From an uncultured Gammaproteobacteria bacterium (GTDB lineage Bacteria > Patescibacteriota > Patescibacteriia > Magasanikbacterales > GWA2-37-8), in NCBI GenBank assembly GCA_964641245.1, contig CAZXML010000001.1:45065-109064 (forward strand): a stretch of DNA of 64,000 bases, given 5' to 3'. The position numbers were made by a program, and so were the translations under genes. The notes under the pieces are model-generated. The model had not been told where the DNA came from and searched no databases. It saw nothing but the letters and a program-made list of their open reading frames with translations. Of this stretch, positions 28,946-37,660 are shown in pieces; within the stretch, counting starts at the first letter, position 1; every line of letters starts with the position of its first letter.

Positions 28946-29947
28946 GTGTTCTATTTTCTAATCACCTTTTTTTTATCAATAATTTTAACTTTGCTGGTTA
29001 AAAAGGCGGCGCAAAGCCTTCGGGTCACAGACCATCCTGACCAGCAAAGAAAACCGAATTGGAAACCCATCCCGCTATTAGGCGGAGTGGCTATTTTTTT
29101 GTCTTTTTGGGCCGTGGTTATATTTTTAATTTTTAATCCGATTTTTGGCATAGAAAGAATAGCCAATCAATTGCTAGCCGCGTTTTTTTCCGGAACAATA
29201 ATTCTTTTGATCGGGATTGCCGATGATTTTCGGCCACTATCAGCCAAGGTTCGTTTGCTGTTTGTGATGCTTGCCATTTCATTTATCGCGGTTTGGGCAA
29301 GCGGATCGCTGACCAGAATTACTAATCCATTGGGCGGATATTTTGCGCTGGGGAAAATAGCCAGCGGAATTTTGATATTTTTTTGGCTGATGGGCACAAC
29401 TTATACGGTAAAAATTTTAGACGGTTTGGATGGACTGGCCACGGGCGTGGTAGCGATTGGCGCGCTTATTATTTTTTTGCTCGCGTCCGTTACCAAATTT
29501 TATCAGCCTAATGTTGCTTTAGTGTCCGCTGTATTTCTAGCCGCTTGTCTTGGGTTTTTAGTTTTTAATTTTAATCCGGCAAAAATATTTTTAGGTGAAA
29601 GCGGCAGTATGTTTATCGGGTTTATGCTGGGCGTTCTGGCTATAATCGGCGGAGGGAAATTGGCCACCGCCTTGCTGGTAATGGCCATTCCGATTTTGGA
29701 TCTGGCGCGCGTGGCTTATGTTAGAATCAGAAGAAAACAATCTGTATTTAAAGGCGACCGCGAGCATCTTCATTTCCGCCTGCTGGATTCCGGCTTAAGC
29801 CACCGCCAATCCGTTCTCTTGCTCTACGGTTTATCATTTTTATTCGGCATCACCACTTTATTTTTACAAAGCCTGCAAAAATTGTACGCGCTTTTGGCGC
29901 TAGTGGTTTTGATGGCGGTTATTAGCCGTCTTCTGGGACGACGATGA
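28946..29947 (+). CDS. MraY/WecA-family polyprenyl-phosphate phospho-sugar transferase (GT4)
   Basis: Ten or more TM helices. Conserved IADDF and NFNPAKIFLGESGSMF motifs. Confidence 0.7.
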   Translation: MFYFLITFFLSIILTLLVKKAAQSLRVTDHPDQQRKPNWKPIPLLGGVAIFLSFWAVVIFLIFNPIFGIERIANQLLAAFFSGTIILLIGIADDFRPLSAKVRLLFVMLAISFIAVWASGSLTRITNPLGGYFALGKIASGILIFFWLMGTTYTVKILDGLDGLATGVVAIGALIIFLLASVTKFYQPNVALVSAVFLAACLGFLVFNFNPAKIFLGESGSMFIGFMLGVLAIIGGGKLATALLVMAIPILDLARVAYVRIRRKQSVFKGDREHLHFRLLDSGLSHRQSVLLLYGLSFLFGITTLFLQSLQKLYALLALVVLMAVISRLLGRR

Positions 29948-30066
29948 TGGTGAAAATGGTGAAGATGAACAAATTGTTCACGCGGAGCGATTAACCAACT
30001 ACAACAATAGATCATTTGCACCACCTTCATCAAGCGTAACGATTTACCAATTTAATCAATTTCAGT

Positions 30067-30537
30067 ATGCGCGACCCAAAACCCTTTAAAACCTGGCATT
30101 TAGTTTTTATAATCATAGTCATCCTTATTTCCATCGGTTATAAAATCTACGGTTCTTTGTGGACAAAGGCGACTATAAAAATCGGTGGGCAAGAAATCCG
30201 CGTTTTGGTGGCGGACACCTATAACCACCGTCTAAAAGGCTGGAGCGACCGGAAAGATATGGGCCAATACGGCGGTATGCTTTTTGTGTTTCCCGATAGC
30301 GCCCAGCACGCCATGGTAATGCGTGATATGCATTTTCCATTGGATATAATTTGGCTGGACGGAACTAAAATCATAGACATCGCCCCAAATATACCCCTGG
30401 AACCCGGACTGGCCGAATCGCAATTAACAATCTACCGATCCCGCGCCGCCTCTACCTTGGTTTTGGAAGTATCAGCCGGTTTTATGGAAAGAACCGGGTT
30501 GAAAATAGGGGATACGGTGGAAATAATACAGGATTAG
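30067..30537 (+). CDS. DUF192 (COG1430) domain protein
   Basis: N-terminal TM helix, then the conserved DUF192 core VFPDSAQHAMVMRDMHFPLDIIWLDG...LEVSAGF. Confidence 0.65.
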   Translation: MRDPKPFKTWHLVFIIIVILISIGYKIYGSLWTKATIKIGGQEIRVLVADTYNHRLKGWSDRKDMGQYGGMLFVFPDSAQHAMVMRDMHFPLDIIWLDGTKIIDIAPNIPLEPGLAESQLTIYRSRAASTLVLEVSAGFMERTGLKIGDTVEIIQD

Positions 30538-30661
30538 GCGCGGGGTTGACATATTTTGAGTTTTAATATATACTAAGCGCACTAACAAATTAGCAATAAA
30601 CAATTAGCAACTAACAATCGATTTGTTGTTTGTTAATTGTTATTTGTTAATTAATCAAATT

Positions 30662-30967
30662 ATGTACGCAGTAATCGCAACCGGCGGAAAACAGTATCTT
30701 GTTAAAACCGGCGATGTTATAAAAATAGAAAAATTGCCTTTAAACGAAGGCGAGAAAGTTGTTTTTGACAAAGTTTTACTTACCGCCAAAGATGACGGTT
30801 CCGATGTAAAAGTTGGCAAGCCTTATGTGGAAGGTGTAACCATAGAAGCGACTTTAGAAAAACAAGGCAAGACACGCACCTTGCGCGTAGAAAAATTCAA
30901 ACGCAAAGTCCGTTACCACAAAGTTCACGGGCAAAGACAGAGATTCAGCCAAGTGAAAATTAAGTAA
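30662..30967 (+). CDS. rplU: 50S ribosomal protein L21
   Basis: MYAVIATGGKQYLVKTGDVIKIEKL. The start is the internal ATG at 30662. Confidence 0.9.
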   Translation: MYAVIATGGKQYLVKTGDVIKIEKLPLNEGEKVVFDKVLLTAKDDGSDVKVGKPYVEGVTIEATLEKQGKTRTLRVEKFKRKVRYHKVHGQRQRFSQVKIK

Positions 30968-31003
30968 TATAAAAAAATCAGTCCGTAAGGGCTGATTTTT
31001 TAT
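30968..31003. terminator. Bidirectional rho-independent terminator between rplU (+) and recR (-)
   Basis: AAAAAATCAGTCCGTAAGGGCTGATTTTTTATTTT. Confidence 0.7.
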
Positions 31004-31599
31004 TTTGTTGTTCTGTTCTTAATCGCGCTTCCCAGAGTAATTTCATCCGCGTATTGAATGTCGCTTCCCATCGGCAAACCGCGCGCCAGACGGGTAATTT
31101 TTAAATTAGGGTTGAGCCGTTTTATTTCTTTTTCAAAATAAAGCATGGTGGTTTCTCCGGGCAGATCAGGGTTAAGCGCCAAGATAATTTCTCTAATTTC
31201 TTCATTTCTTATTTTCTCAAACAATTCTTTGATTTTTATTTTATCAATTTCATCATCTCCCGGTTCTATCACTCCGCGTAAAACATGATACAAACCGTTG
31301 TACATTCCCGTGCGTTCTATAACCGGAATATCCTGCGGTTCGCTTACCACGCACAGCACGGATTGGTCTCTGGTTTTGTTGCTGCAAATAGAGCAAGGGT
31401 TTTGGTCGGAAAAATCCCAGCATACCTCGCAGCTTTTCACATTATCAATCAATTCTTTTAAAGCCAGGGTAATTTCGCCAACTTCTTTTTTCCCGGATTT
31501 TAGCAAATAAAAAACAAACCGCTCGGCGGTGCGCTGACCGACCGTGGGCAGTTTTCTAAATGCGCCGATAAGATTTTGAATTGAACGAGAATAAGACAT
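31000..31599 (-). CDS. recR: Recombination protein RecR
   Basis: C4 zinc finger CEVCWDFSDQNPCSIC, Toprim domain, 199 aa. The ybaB-recR linkage is conserved. Confidence 0.9.
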   Translation of the reverse strand: MSYSRSIQNLIGAFRKLPTVGQRTAERFVFYLLKSGKKEVGEITLALKELIDNVKSCEVCWDFSDQNPCSICSNKTRDQSVLCVVSEPQDIPVIERTGMYNGLYHVLRGVIEPGDDEIDKIKIKELFEKIRNEEIREIILALNPDLPGETTMLYFEKEIKRLNPNLKITRLARGLPMGSDIQYADEITLGSAIKNRTTK

Positions 31600-31609
31600 A
31601 GCGTTGTTT

Positions 31610-31735
31610 TGTCATTGCGAGGAGTGAAGCGACGCGGTCCCGACCGCGGTCGAGGATCCTCGATTCACTATCGGGACAATCCCATTGTTGGCAGCACCAG
31701 TATTGTGGGATTGCTTCGCTTTGCTCGCAATGACA
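31610..31735. repeat. Family-B miniature palindromic element (TGTCATTGCGAGGAG...GGTCCCGACCGCGGTCGAGGATCCTCGATTCACTATCGGGACAATCCC...CTCGCAATGACA)
   Basis: A full copy in the recR-ybaB spacer. Related copies lie at 35429 (in frame within a CDS) and 36887 (inverted). Confidence 0.85.
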
Positions 31736-31736
31736 A

Positions 31737-32036
31737 TTACTTCTTAAGCATGCCGTCAAATCCGCCCATCTCCTGCATTTTGCCGGCCATTATTTTTTGC
31801 ATTTTTTTGGTGGCGTCGCCGTGCGCGTCTTTGATGGCGTTTTGCAGTTTTTCTTTTTTAGCCGGATTTAACATTTCGTCGTCTATGGCCACGCCGGTTA
31901 GCTGTAAATTTCCATCCATAGTTAAAGCCACGCCACTACTGTGGCTGGTGACGGACTCGCCCGCTAAAGCGCCCTGAAGTTTTTTACCCTGGTCGCGCAG
32001 GTCTTTGAATTGTTTTAATTTGCTAAACACTGACAT
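31737..32036 (-). CDS. ybaB: Nucleoid-associated protein YbaB/EbfC
   Basis: 99 aa. Motifs ...GGFDGMLKK and the DnaX-YbaB-RecR context. Confidence 0.85.
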   Translation of the reverse strand: MSVFSKLKQFKDLRDQGKKLQGALAGESVTSHSSGVALTMDGNLQLTGVAIDDEMLNPAKKEKLQNAIKDAHGDATKKMQKIMAGKMQEMGGFDGMLKK

Positions 32037-32123
32037 ATTGTATTAAGTATTATGTATTAAGTATTATGTATCCAGCGAACGATTTCGTGCTTAATACATA
32101 ATACTTGCTACTTAATACTAACA
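32037..32123. repeat. Family-F AT-rich palindrome (GTATTAAGTATTATGTAT...ATACATAATACTTGCTACTTAATAC)
   Basis: Long inverted repeat between ybaB and dnaB. It may be a bidirectional terminator or a mobile mini-element. Confidence 0.6.
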
Positions 32124-33575
32124 CTACATCGGCGGCATGGCCGAGCTGTTGCGTTGTGTAAACGCGGATTTTGGCTTTAGTGTTGGCGTGGCGGTGGGGT
32201 GGTCTATAAATTTGGTGGTTAGACTGCGGAAGGAAGCGCGCTGTTCGTCAAATATCATGCGCACCATGCCGGTGGGGCCGTTGCGGTGTTTGGCAATGTG
32301 AATTTCGGCGATATTTTTTTCATCCGGAGAAATATCTTCTGGGCGGTAATTGCGGTCGGCGGATTTTCGGTAGATAAATAATACCACATCGGCGTCTTGT
32401 TCAATAGAACCGGATTCACGCAAGTGAGAAAGTTTAGGAATAGCAGGAGTGCTGGATTCTACGGTACGCGATAATTGGGAAAGTGCCAGCACCGGAATAT
32501 TTAATTCACGCGCGATACTTTTTAAACCACGGGTAATTTCCGCCACTTCCTGCACGCGGTTTTCTATATTGCCACGGGATTCCATTAACTGCAAGTAGTC
32601 AATAACTATCAGTCCCAAACCATGTTCCATTTGCAACCGGCGCGCTTTGGTGCGAATCTGCATTATATTATTGTTGGACGCGTCATCTATAAAAATTGGC
32701 GCTTCGGAAAGCACACCCATGGCATGGCCGATGCGAGGAAAATCATCATCTTCCGGACGTTCGCTTAACCGGCCGGTTCTCATTCTCCATAAATCCACAT
32801 TGGCTTCCGAACAAAGCAAACGGTCTACCAACTGTTCCTTACTCATTTCCAAAGAAAATAATCCGACCGGTATTTTTCCTTTTACGCCCACATGACGCAC
32901 AATATCCAAAGCAAAAGAAGATTTTCCCACACTGGGGCGGGCTCCCAAAATTATTAAATCGGATTTTTGCAGTCCGGCCAGTAAATTATCCAAATCAGGA
33001 TAGCCCGTGGGAATGCCGCGCATCTGCCCTTTATTTTTGTGCAAGTCATCTATTCTGTCAAAAGCTTCATTTAATATTCCTCGAATCGGCGTAAAAGTTT
33101 GCCGCATGAAATTTTGCGACACGCCGAACAATTGCCGTTGCGCGTTATCCAAAAGAGAATCCAATTCCTCGGTTTCTTCATAGCCCATTTTAGAAATTTC
33201 GTGCGCGGCCGTAAGCAATCGGCGCCGGGTGGCTTTTTTATGAACAATGTTGGCGTAATTTACCACGTGAGAGGCGGTGGGAACGGCGTTGGTAAGCGAT
33301 ACTAAATAACTGTAACCGCCAGCTCTTTCCAGATGTCCTTTTTCCGTAAGCCGGTTGCTTAGTGTCAGTAAATCAATTGGTTCATTTTTTTGGTAAAGTT
33401 CCAAAATGGATTCAAAAATTTGCGCGTGAGCGTTTTTATAAAAATCTTCCGGCTGAACAATATCCGCAATTTTTAACATCGCATCTTTGTCCAACAAAAC
33501 CGAACCGAGTAATGACATCTCGGCTTCCATGCTTTGCGGTGGAATTTTTTCCAGTTGGGTTATGTCTTGTGTCAT
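32124..33575 (-). CDS. dnaB: Replicative DNA helicase DnaB
   Basis: Walker A GARPSVGKSSFALDI, Walker B IVIDYLQLM, and an N-terminal DnaB domain. Confidence 0.9.
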   Translation of the reverse strand: MTQDITQLEKIPPQSMEAEMSLLGSVLLDKDAMLKIADIVQPEDFYKNAHAQIFESILELYQKNEPIDLLTLSNRLTEKGHLERAGGYSYLVSLTNAVPTASHVVNYANIVHKKATRRRLLTAAHEISKMGYEETEELDSLLDNAQRQLFGVSQNFMRQTFTPIRGILNEAFDRIDDLHKNKGQMRGIPTGYPDLDNLLAGLQKSDLIILGARPSVGKSSFALDIVRHVGVKGKIPVGLFSLEMSKEQLVDRLLCSEANVDLWRMRTGRLSERPEDDDFPRIGHAMGVLSEAPIFIDDASNNNIMQIRTKARRLQMEHGLGLIVIDYLQLMESRGNIENRVQEVAEITRGLKSIARELNIPVLALSQLSRTVESSTPAIPKLSHLRESGSIEQDADVVLFIYRKSADRNYRPEDISPDEKNIAEIHIAKHRNGPTGMVRMIFDEQRASFRSLTTKFIDHPTATPTLKPKSAFTQRNSSAMPPM

Positions 33576-33582
33576 GTTAATG

Positions 33583-33648
33583 TGTCATGCTGAACTTGTT
33601 TCAGCATCTTTCGATACACCGTAGATCCTGAAATGAATTCAGGATGAC
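33583..33648. repeat. Family-C element (TGTCATGCTGAACTTGTTTCAGCATC...GATCCTGAAATGAATTCAGGATGAC)
   Basis: Two short hairpins. Copies lie at 45665 and 47766 (inverted), at 52063, and in the 52666-52860 and 55184-55320 clusters. Confidence 0.8.
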
Positions 33649-33756
33649 GGGTAGTTTGGTTCGTCTATTTTAGTCCAGCACGTTTCTTTTGGCAAGAAAA
33701 AATCAAGGCCCGTATGTTAGCAGAAGGGGGATGAAATGTGGGTAGAATTAATTTGA

Positions 33757-34077
33757 TTGTTTGGGGTTGACATTTGGGTTATTTTGATCTATTATGGGCG
33801 TGGTCAGACAACCAACCACGGAGGAATGCCAATGAGTGAACAGGCGTCGCAATACGAGAAGTCGTTGAGAAAGCGAACGTACTTGGTGGCCTTTCGTTCC
33901 GTAGCTGGTGATTTTTATCATATTCCGGATAACCTGCGTTATTTTCTCATCTTTCTTGAGAATCATAGCGCAACCATCCTATTCATCATTTCGGAGGACG
34001 GTCCTAATAAAGGCCAAATTACCCGTTTGATTGAACAAGCGCAGAAGGAAGCCGAACGTATTGGCGCTCGATTCTAG
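33757..34077 (+). CDS. Hypothetical protein
   Basis: ORF only. A possible internal start MPMSEQ lies near 33826. Confidence 0.3.
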   Translation: MFGVDIWVILIYYGRGQTTNHGGMPMSEQASQYEKSLRKRTYLVAFRSVAGDFYHIPDNLRYFLIFLENHSATILFIISEDGPNKGQITRLIEQAQKEAERIGARF

Positions 34078-34167
34078 CTTCTGATGATCAGCACCATGTT
34101 GGCCCCGTTACGCATCATGCGGATGGGGTCTTTTTCTTTTCAGATTATCTGATATAATTGCATTTAT

Positions 34168-36471
34168 ATGATTTCTCGCCTTTTACTGAAAAATATGGTT
34201 CCGGCCGGGGCTTTGTCTGCCTTGGCTTATTTGGTTTTTGAAAAATGGCATAATTGGTTTTTGGGAACCCTGGTTTTATTTTTATATTTTTTGTTTGTTT
34301 CGGCCAAAACACAAGGGGTGTTGGTAAATTATTTCGGATTTACAAAATCGTTGCGGATTAGACTGTTGGCATTTTTTTTAAGTCTGGCCACATTGGGCTG
34401 GTTTTTGGGAATTTTTATATTTTTTGATTATTTTAATGGTTTGGCGGTATTTTTATCTTTTTTTGTAAACGCACTGGCGTGGTCACTCGCCACTCAATCG
34501 CTCTCTCCCCTTTTAGGGGAGAGACAGAGAGAGGGGTATACGGCGGGCATTGACGCACAAACAGATACCCCACCCCTCGCCCCTCCCCTAATAGGGGAGG
34601 GAGACCTTGAACCGCCCCACGCCAAAATCAGTGTCTTAATTTATCTGGGCCTGGTAATTTACGGATTTTATCTTTTGATGCAATCCAAAACCGGTGGCGT
34701 CATTTCTTCGCCGTGGCAAACTATTAATCAGAGTTATGTGTGGATTTTTTTGTTGGCTACTTTTTTGCTGGGTGCGTTAATATTTTTCTCAAAGATTTCT
34801 CTAAAAACTCTACTGTTCCTTCTTATAGTACATGCATTTTTACTTCACAGTTATTTACCGCTCACTCACGAATTATTTTACGGCGCGGACGGTTGGAGAC
34901 ATATTGCGAATGAACAGAGATTGGTGGAAGGAAAATCATTCTTAGAAGCAAAGCTTTCTACTGACACAAAAAATCAGAAGTCTGAAGTCCAAAGTCTGAA
35001 GTCCAAAGCCGGGCTTTTGTCTTATGCCAATTATTGGGGAACAAATGCGGCGCTGTCAAAAATACTGCAAATAGATTTAATTTCTTTGACCAAATGGTTT
35101 TTGCCGATTTCCTGGTCAATAATTTTTACTATTTTGTTATTAGAGATTGGATTGGCGTTGGGCTGGTCCGGCCGGAATTCATTGCTCTTTGCTTGGGCCG
35201 GAATGTGGCCGTTTGCTTTGCAGGTTGGCGGTTCTTTTTCTTTGCCCGTGAACTGGGGCTTCCTAATTTTTGTTTTGTTGTTTTTGCTGTTGATTAAAAG
35301 AATAAAAGAGCCAAATGACGAACAGAAAAATATTTTGTTGGCACTTGGACTTGGTTCAGCGCTGGGGTATTTATTATTTTTTGTTTTGTATTGGATGAGT
35401 TTTTTCTTAATGTCGCTTGTCTCACATTTGTCATTGCGAGGAGAGCAGCGACGCGGTCCCGACCGCGGTCGAGGATCCTCGATTCACTATCGGGACAATC
35501 CCATTGTCAGCACTACAGTATTTTGGGATTGCTTCGCTCTGCTCGCAATGACAGTGGTTGCGACATTGATTTTACCGGTTTTAGAGTTAGCTGGGAAGTT
35601 TAGTGTGTGGGATAGCGGGGTAAATATTTTGTTGCAAGCAAAACAATTTGCCGGCAATTTTTTATCTTTATATTTGGCCGCCGGCCCGCGTCCGCACGAT
35701 ATTATTGGCGGGAATATTTTGTTTAATCAAATGCCCGCTTCAATTTTTACATCAAATATTCTTACGCAATGGCTATGGTGGTTGCCAATGGTAATTTTGT
35801 CCGCCATCATTTTTATTATCCTGGGAATTAAGCGAAACAGAAAAGACCCAATTTATAAATTTATCCTGACTATTTTTTCCGTCCTGCTCACCAGTTATTT
35901 TTTATCCTTCTATTTATTATCCGGCGAGCGCTTGTTTTCCCGTCGTCTGGACGCAACACTGGCGCTCTTGTTTTTGATTTTGCTTTTCTACGGAGTAAAA
36001 GATATTCTTGATAAAAAGTGTATGGCTGGTTTAGCGGTAGTTATTTTATCCCTCGCCATCACCGCTTCATATACTTTGGGTCCGGATACTTATACTGTCA
36101 GCGCCAATCAATATACTGCCATCAATTATGTCTGGTCCCAAGAACAAAATAGTAATACGCATTGTGTTTTAGGCAACACTTATCCACTGCTCGCGCTGGA
36201 AGCCGTTTCCGGTAAAGAAATCATCGGCGGCGGTTTCCCCATAGATGCCAGTTTTGCCCAACCGGAACGGGAAGAACTATTTAAACAAATGAATATAGCC
36301 ATCAACGACAATTTACTTTCTCAAACAGCGTCTTTGACCAAAGCCGACCATTGTTGGTTTGTGGGGGAGAAGGCGAATTTTGCACAGCAAGGAATTTTGG
36401 GCGGTAATAGCACAAAAATATTTGGTGATACGGCGGTGGTGAGATATAATACTGCGGTCAATCTAAAATAA
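34168..36471 (+). CDS. Large polytopic membrane protein (767 aa) carrying two in-frame repeat-element insertions
   Basis: More than 12 predicted TM helices. A family-G insertion at 34497-34612 encodes SLSPLLGERQREGY...PPLIGEGDLEP. A family-B insertion at 35429-35553 encodes SLRGEQRRGPDRGRGSSIHYRDNPIV. Confidence 0.55.
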   Translation: MISRLLLKNMVPAGALSALAYLVFEKWHNWFLGTLVLFLYFLFVSAKTQGVLVNYFGFTKSLRIRLLAFFLSLATLGWFLGIFIFFDYFNGLAVFLSFFVNALAWSLATQSLSPLLGERQREGYTAGIDAQTDTPPLAPPLIGEGDLEPPHAKISVLIYLGLVIYGFYLLMQSKTGGVISSPWQTINQSYVWIFLLATFLLGALIFFSKISLKTLLFLLIVHAFLLHSYLPLTHELFYGADGWRHIANEQRLVEGKSFLEAKLSTDTKNQKSEVQSLKSKAGLLSYANYWGTNAALSKILQIDLISLTKWFLPISWSIIFTILLLEIGLALGWSGRNSLLFAWAGMWPFALQVGGSFSLPVNWGFLIFVLLFLLLIKRIKEPNDEQKNILLALGLGSALGYLLFFVLYWMSFFLMSLVSHLSLRGEQRRGPDRGRGSSIHYRDNPIVSTTVFWDCFALLAMTVVATLILPVLELAGKFSVWDSGVNILLQAKQFAGNFLSLYLAAGPRPHDIIGGNILFNQMPASIFTSNILTQWLWWLPMVILSAIIFIILGIKRNRKDPIYKFILTIFSVLLTSYFLSFYLLSGERLFSRRLDATLALLFLILLFYGVKDILDKKCMAGLAVVILSLAITASYTLGPDTYTVSANQYTAINYVWSQEQNSNTHCVLGNTYPLLALEAVSGKEIIGGGFPIDASFAQPEREELFKQMNIAINDNLLSQTASLTKADHCWFVGEKANFAQQGILGGNSTKIFGDTAVVRYNTAVNLK

Positions 36472-36477
36472 ATAATT

Positions 36478-36882
36478 ATGCAAGAATGCCTCTTCTGTAA
36501 AATAATCAATAAAGAAATTTCCAACTATACCGTCTACGAAGACGCCAATGTTTTGGCGTTTTTGGATATTCATCCTTGTTCCAAGGGGCATACGGTGGTG
36601 GTGCCGAAAAAACATTTTGCGGATTTAACGAAAATGTCGGCAGGTGATTGGCAAGGCATGAGCGGGGGATTGGCGGGGGTTTTTTCTAAAGTACAAAAAA
36701 TTTTAAATCCGGATGGAATAAATTTGGGAATAAACAACGGCAAAGCCGCTGGGCAGGCCGTGGGGCATGTTCATTGGCATCTTATTCCGCGGTGGAATGG
36801 GGATGGGGGAGGGAGTATGCATTCGATAATTCGTAAAGGGGAGGGCGTGGATGTGAAGGGAGTAGCAGAATTATTTATCTAA
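36478..36882 (+). CDS. HIT-family hydrolase
   Basis: Histidine triad HVHWHLIPR. 134 aa. Confidence 0.85.
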   Translation: MQECLFCKIINKEISNYTVYEDANVLAFLDIHPCSKGHTVVVPKKHFADLTKMSAGDWQGMSGGLAGVFSKVQKILNPDGINLGINNGKAAGQAVGHVHWHLIPRWNGDGGGSMHSIIRKGEGVDVKGVAELFI

Positions 36883-36886
36883 TAAT

Positions 36887-37012
36887 TGTCATTGCGAGCG
36901 AAGCGAAGCAATCCCAAAATACTGTAGTGCTGACAATGGGATTGTCCCGATAGTGAATCGAGGATCCTCGACCGCGGTCGGGACCGCGTCGCTACGGCTC
37001 CTCGCAATGACA
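36887..37012. repeat. Family-B element (inverted relative to 31610)
   Basis: TGTCATTGCGAGCGAAGCGAAGCAATCCC...CGAGGATCCTCGACCGCGGTCGGGACC...CTCGCAATGACA. Confidence 0.85.
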
Positions 37013-37023
37013 TAAAGTGCGCT

Positions 37024-37572
37024 ATGGAAATAAAAAAACTCTCCTCCGAAATTGTTCACAAAAATCCGTTTTGGGAATATGTACGCGACAAGTTTGTTTT
37101 GCCGGACGGCAAGAAGGATGATTATTATTATGCCAGAACAAATGGCAATGTTATTTTAATCCCCGTTTTAGACGATGGCCGGCTGGTGTTGGTGAGGCAG
37201 TATCGATATTTGGAGGAAAAGTATAGTGTGGAATTTCCGGGCGGGGGAATTACCGCGGGAGAATCCGCGACAGACGCGGCCAACCGGGAATTTTTGGAAG
37301 AAACCGGATATAAAACCGATAATTTAATAAAAATCGGAACCTTTGAACCGTGCGTGGGCATGCTAAAAGATTTATCCCATGTTTTTATTGCCAACGAATT
37401 AACGGAATTACAACAGCCAAAATCCCATGATGTGGAACACACCGAAGTAATCTTGCGCCGGGTGGATGAATTTGAAAATATGATTAAACAAGGAGAGATT
37501 TGGGGTGGACAGGTTTTGGCCGCGTGGGCTTTGGTGCGGGATTTATTGCAAAAAATCGAGTCCGGCCAATAA
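37024..37572 (+). CDS. NUDIX hydrolase (ADP-ribose pyrophosphatase-like)
   Basis: Nudix box GGGITAGESATDAANREFLEETGY. Confidence 0.8.
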   Translation: MEIKKLSSEIVHKNPFWEYVRDKFVLPDGKKDDYYYARTNGNVILIPVLDDGRLVLVRQYRYLEEKYSVEFPGGGITAGESATDAANREFLEETGYKTDNLIKIGTFEPCVGMLKDLSHVFIANELTELQQPKSHDVEHTEVILRRVDEFENMIKQGEIWGGQVLAAWALVRDLLQKIESGQ

Positions 37573-37660
37573 TTGGTTCATTCGCGGAAATTGTGCTATA
37601 ATTTATATATCCGTATATCTACGGATATAAACTCATTCGCTCGGAAGCGATCAAGCAAGC

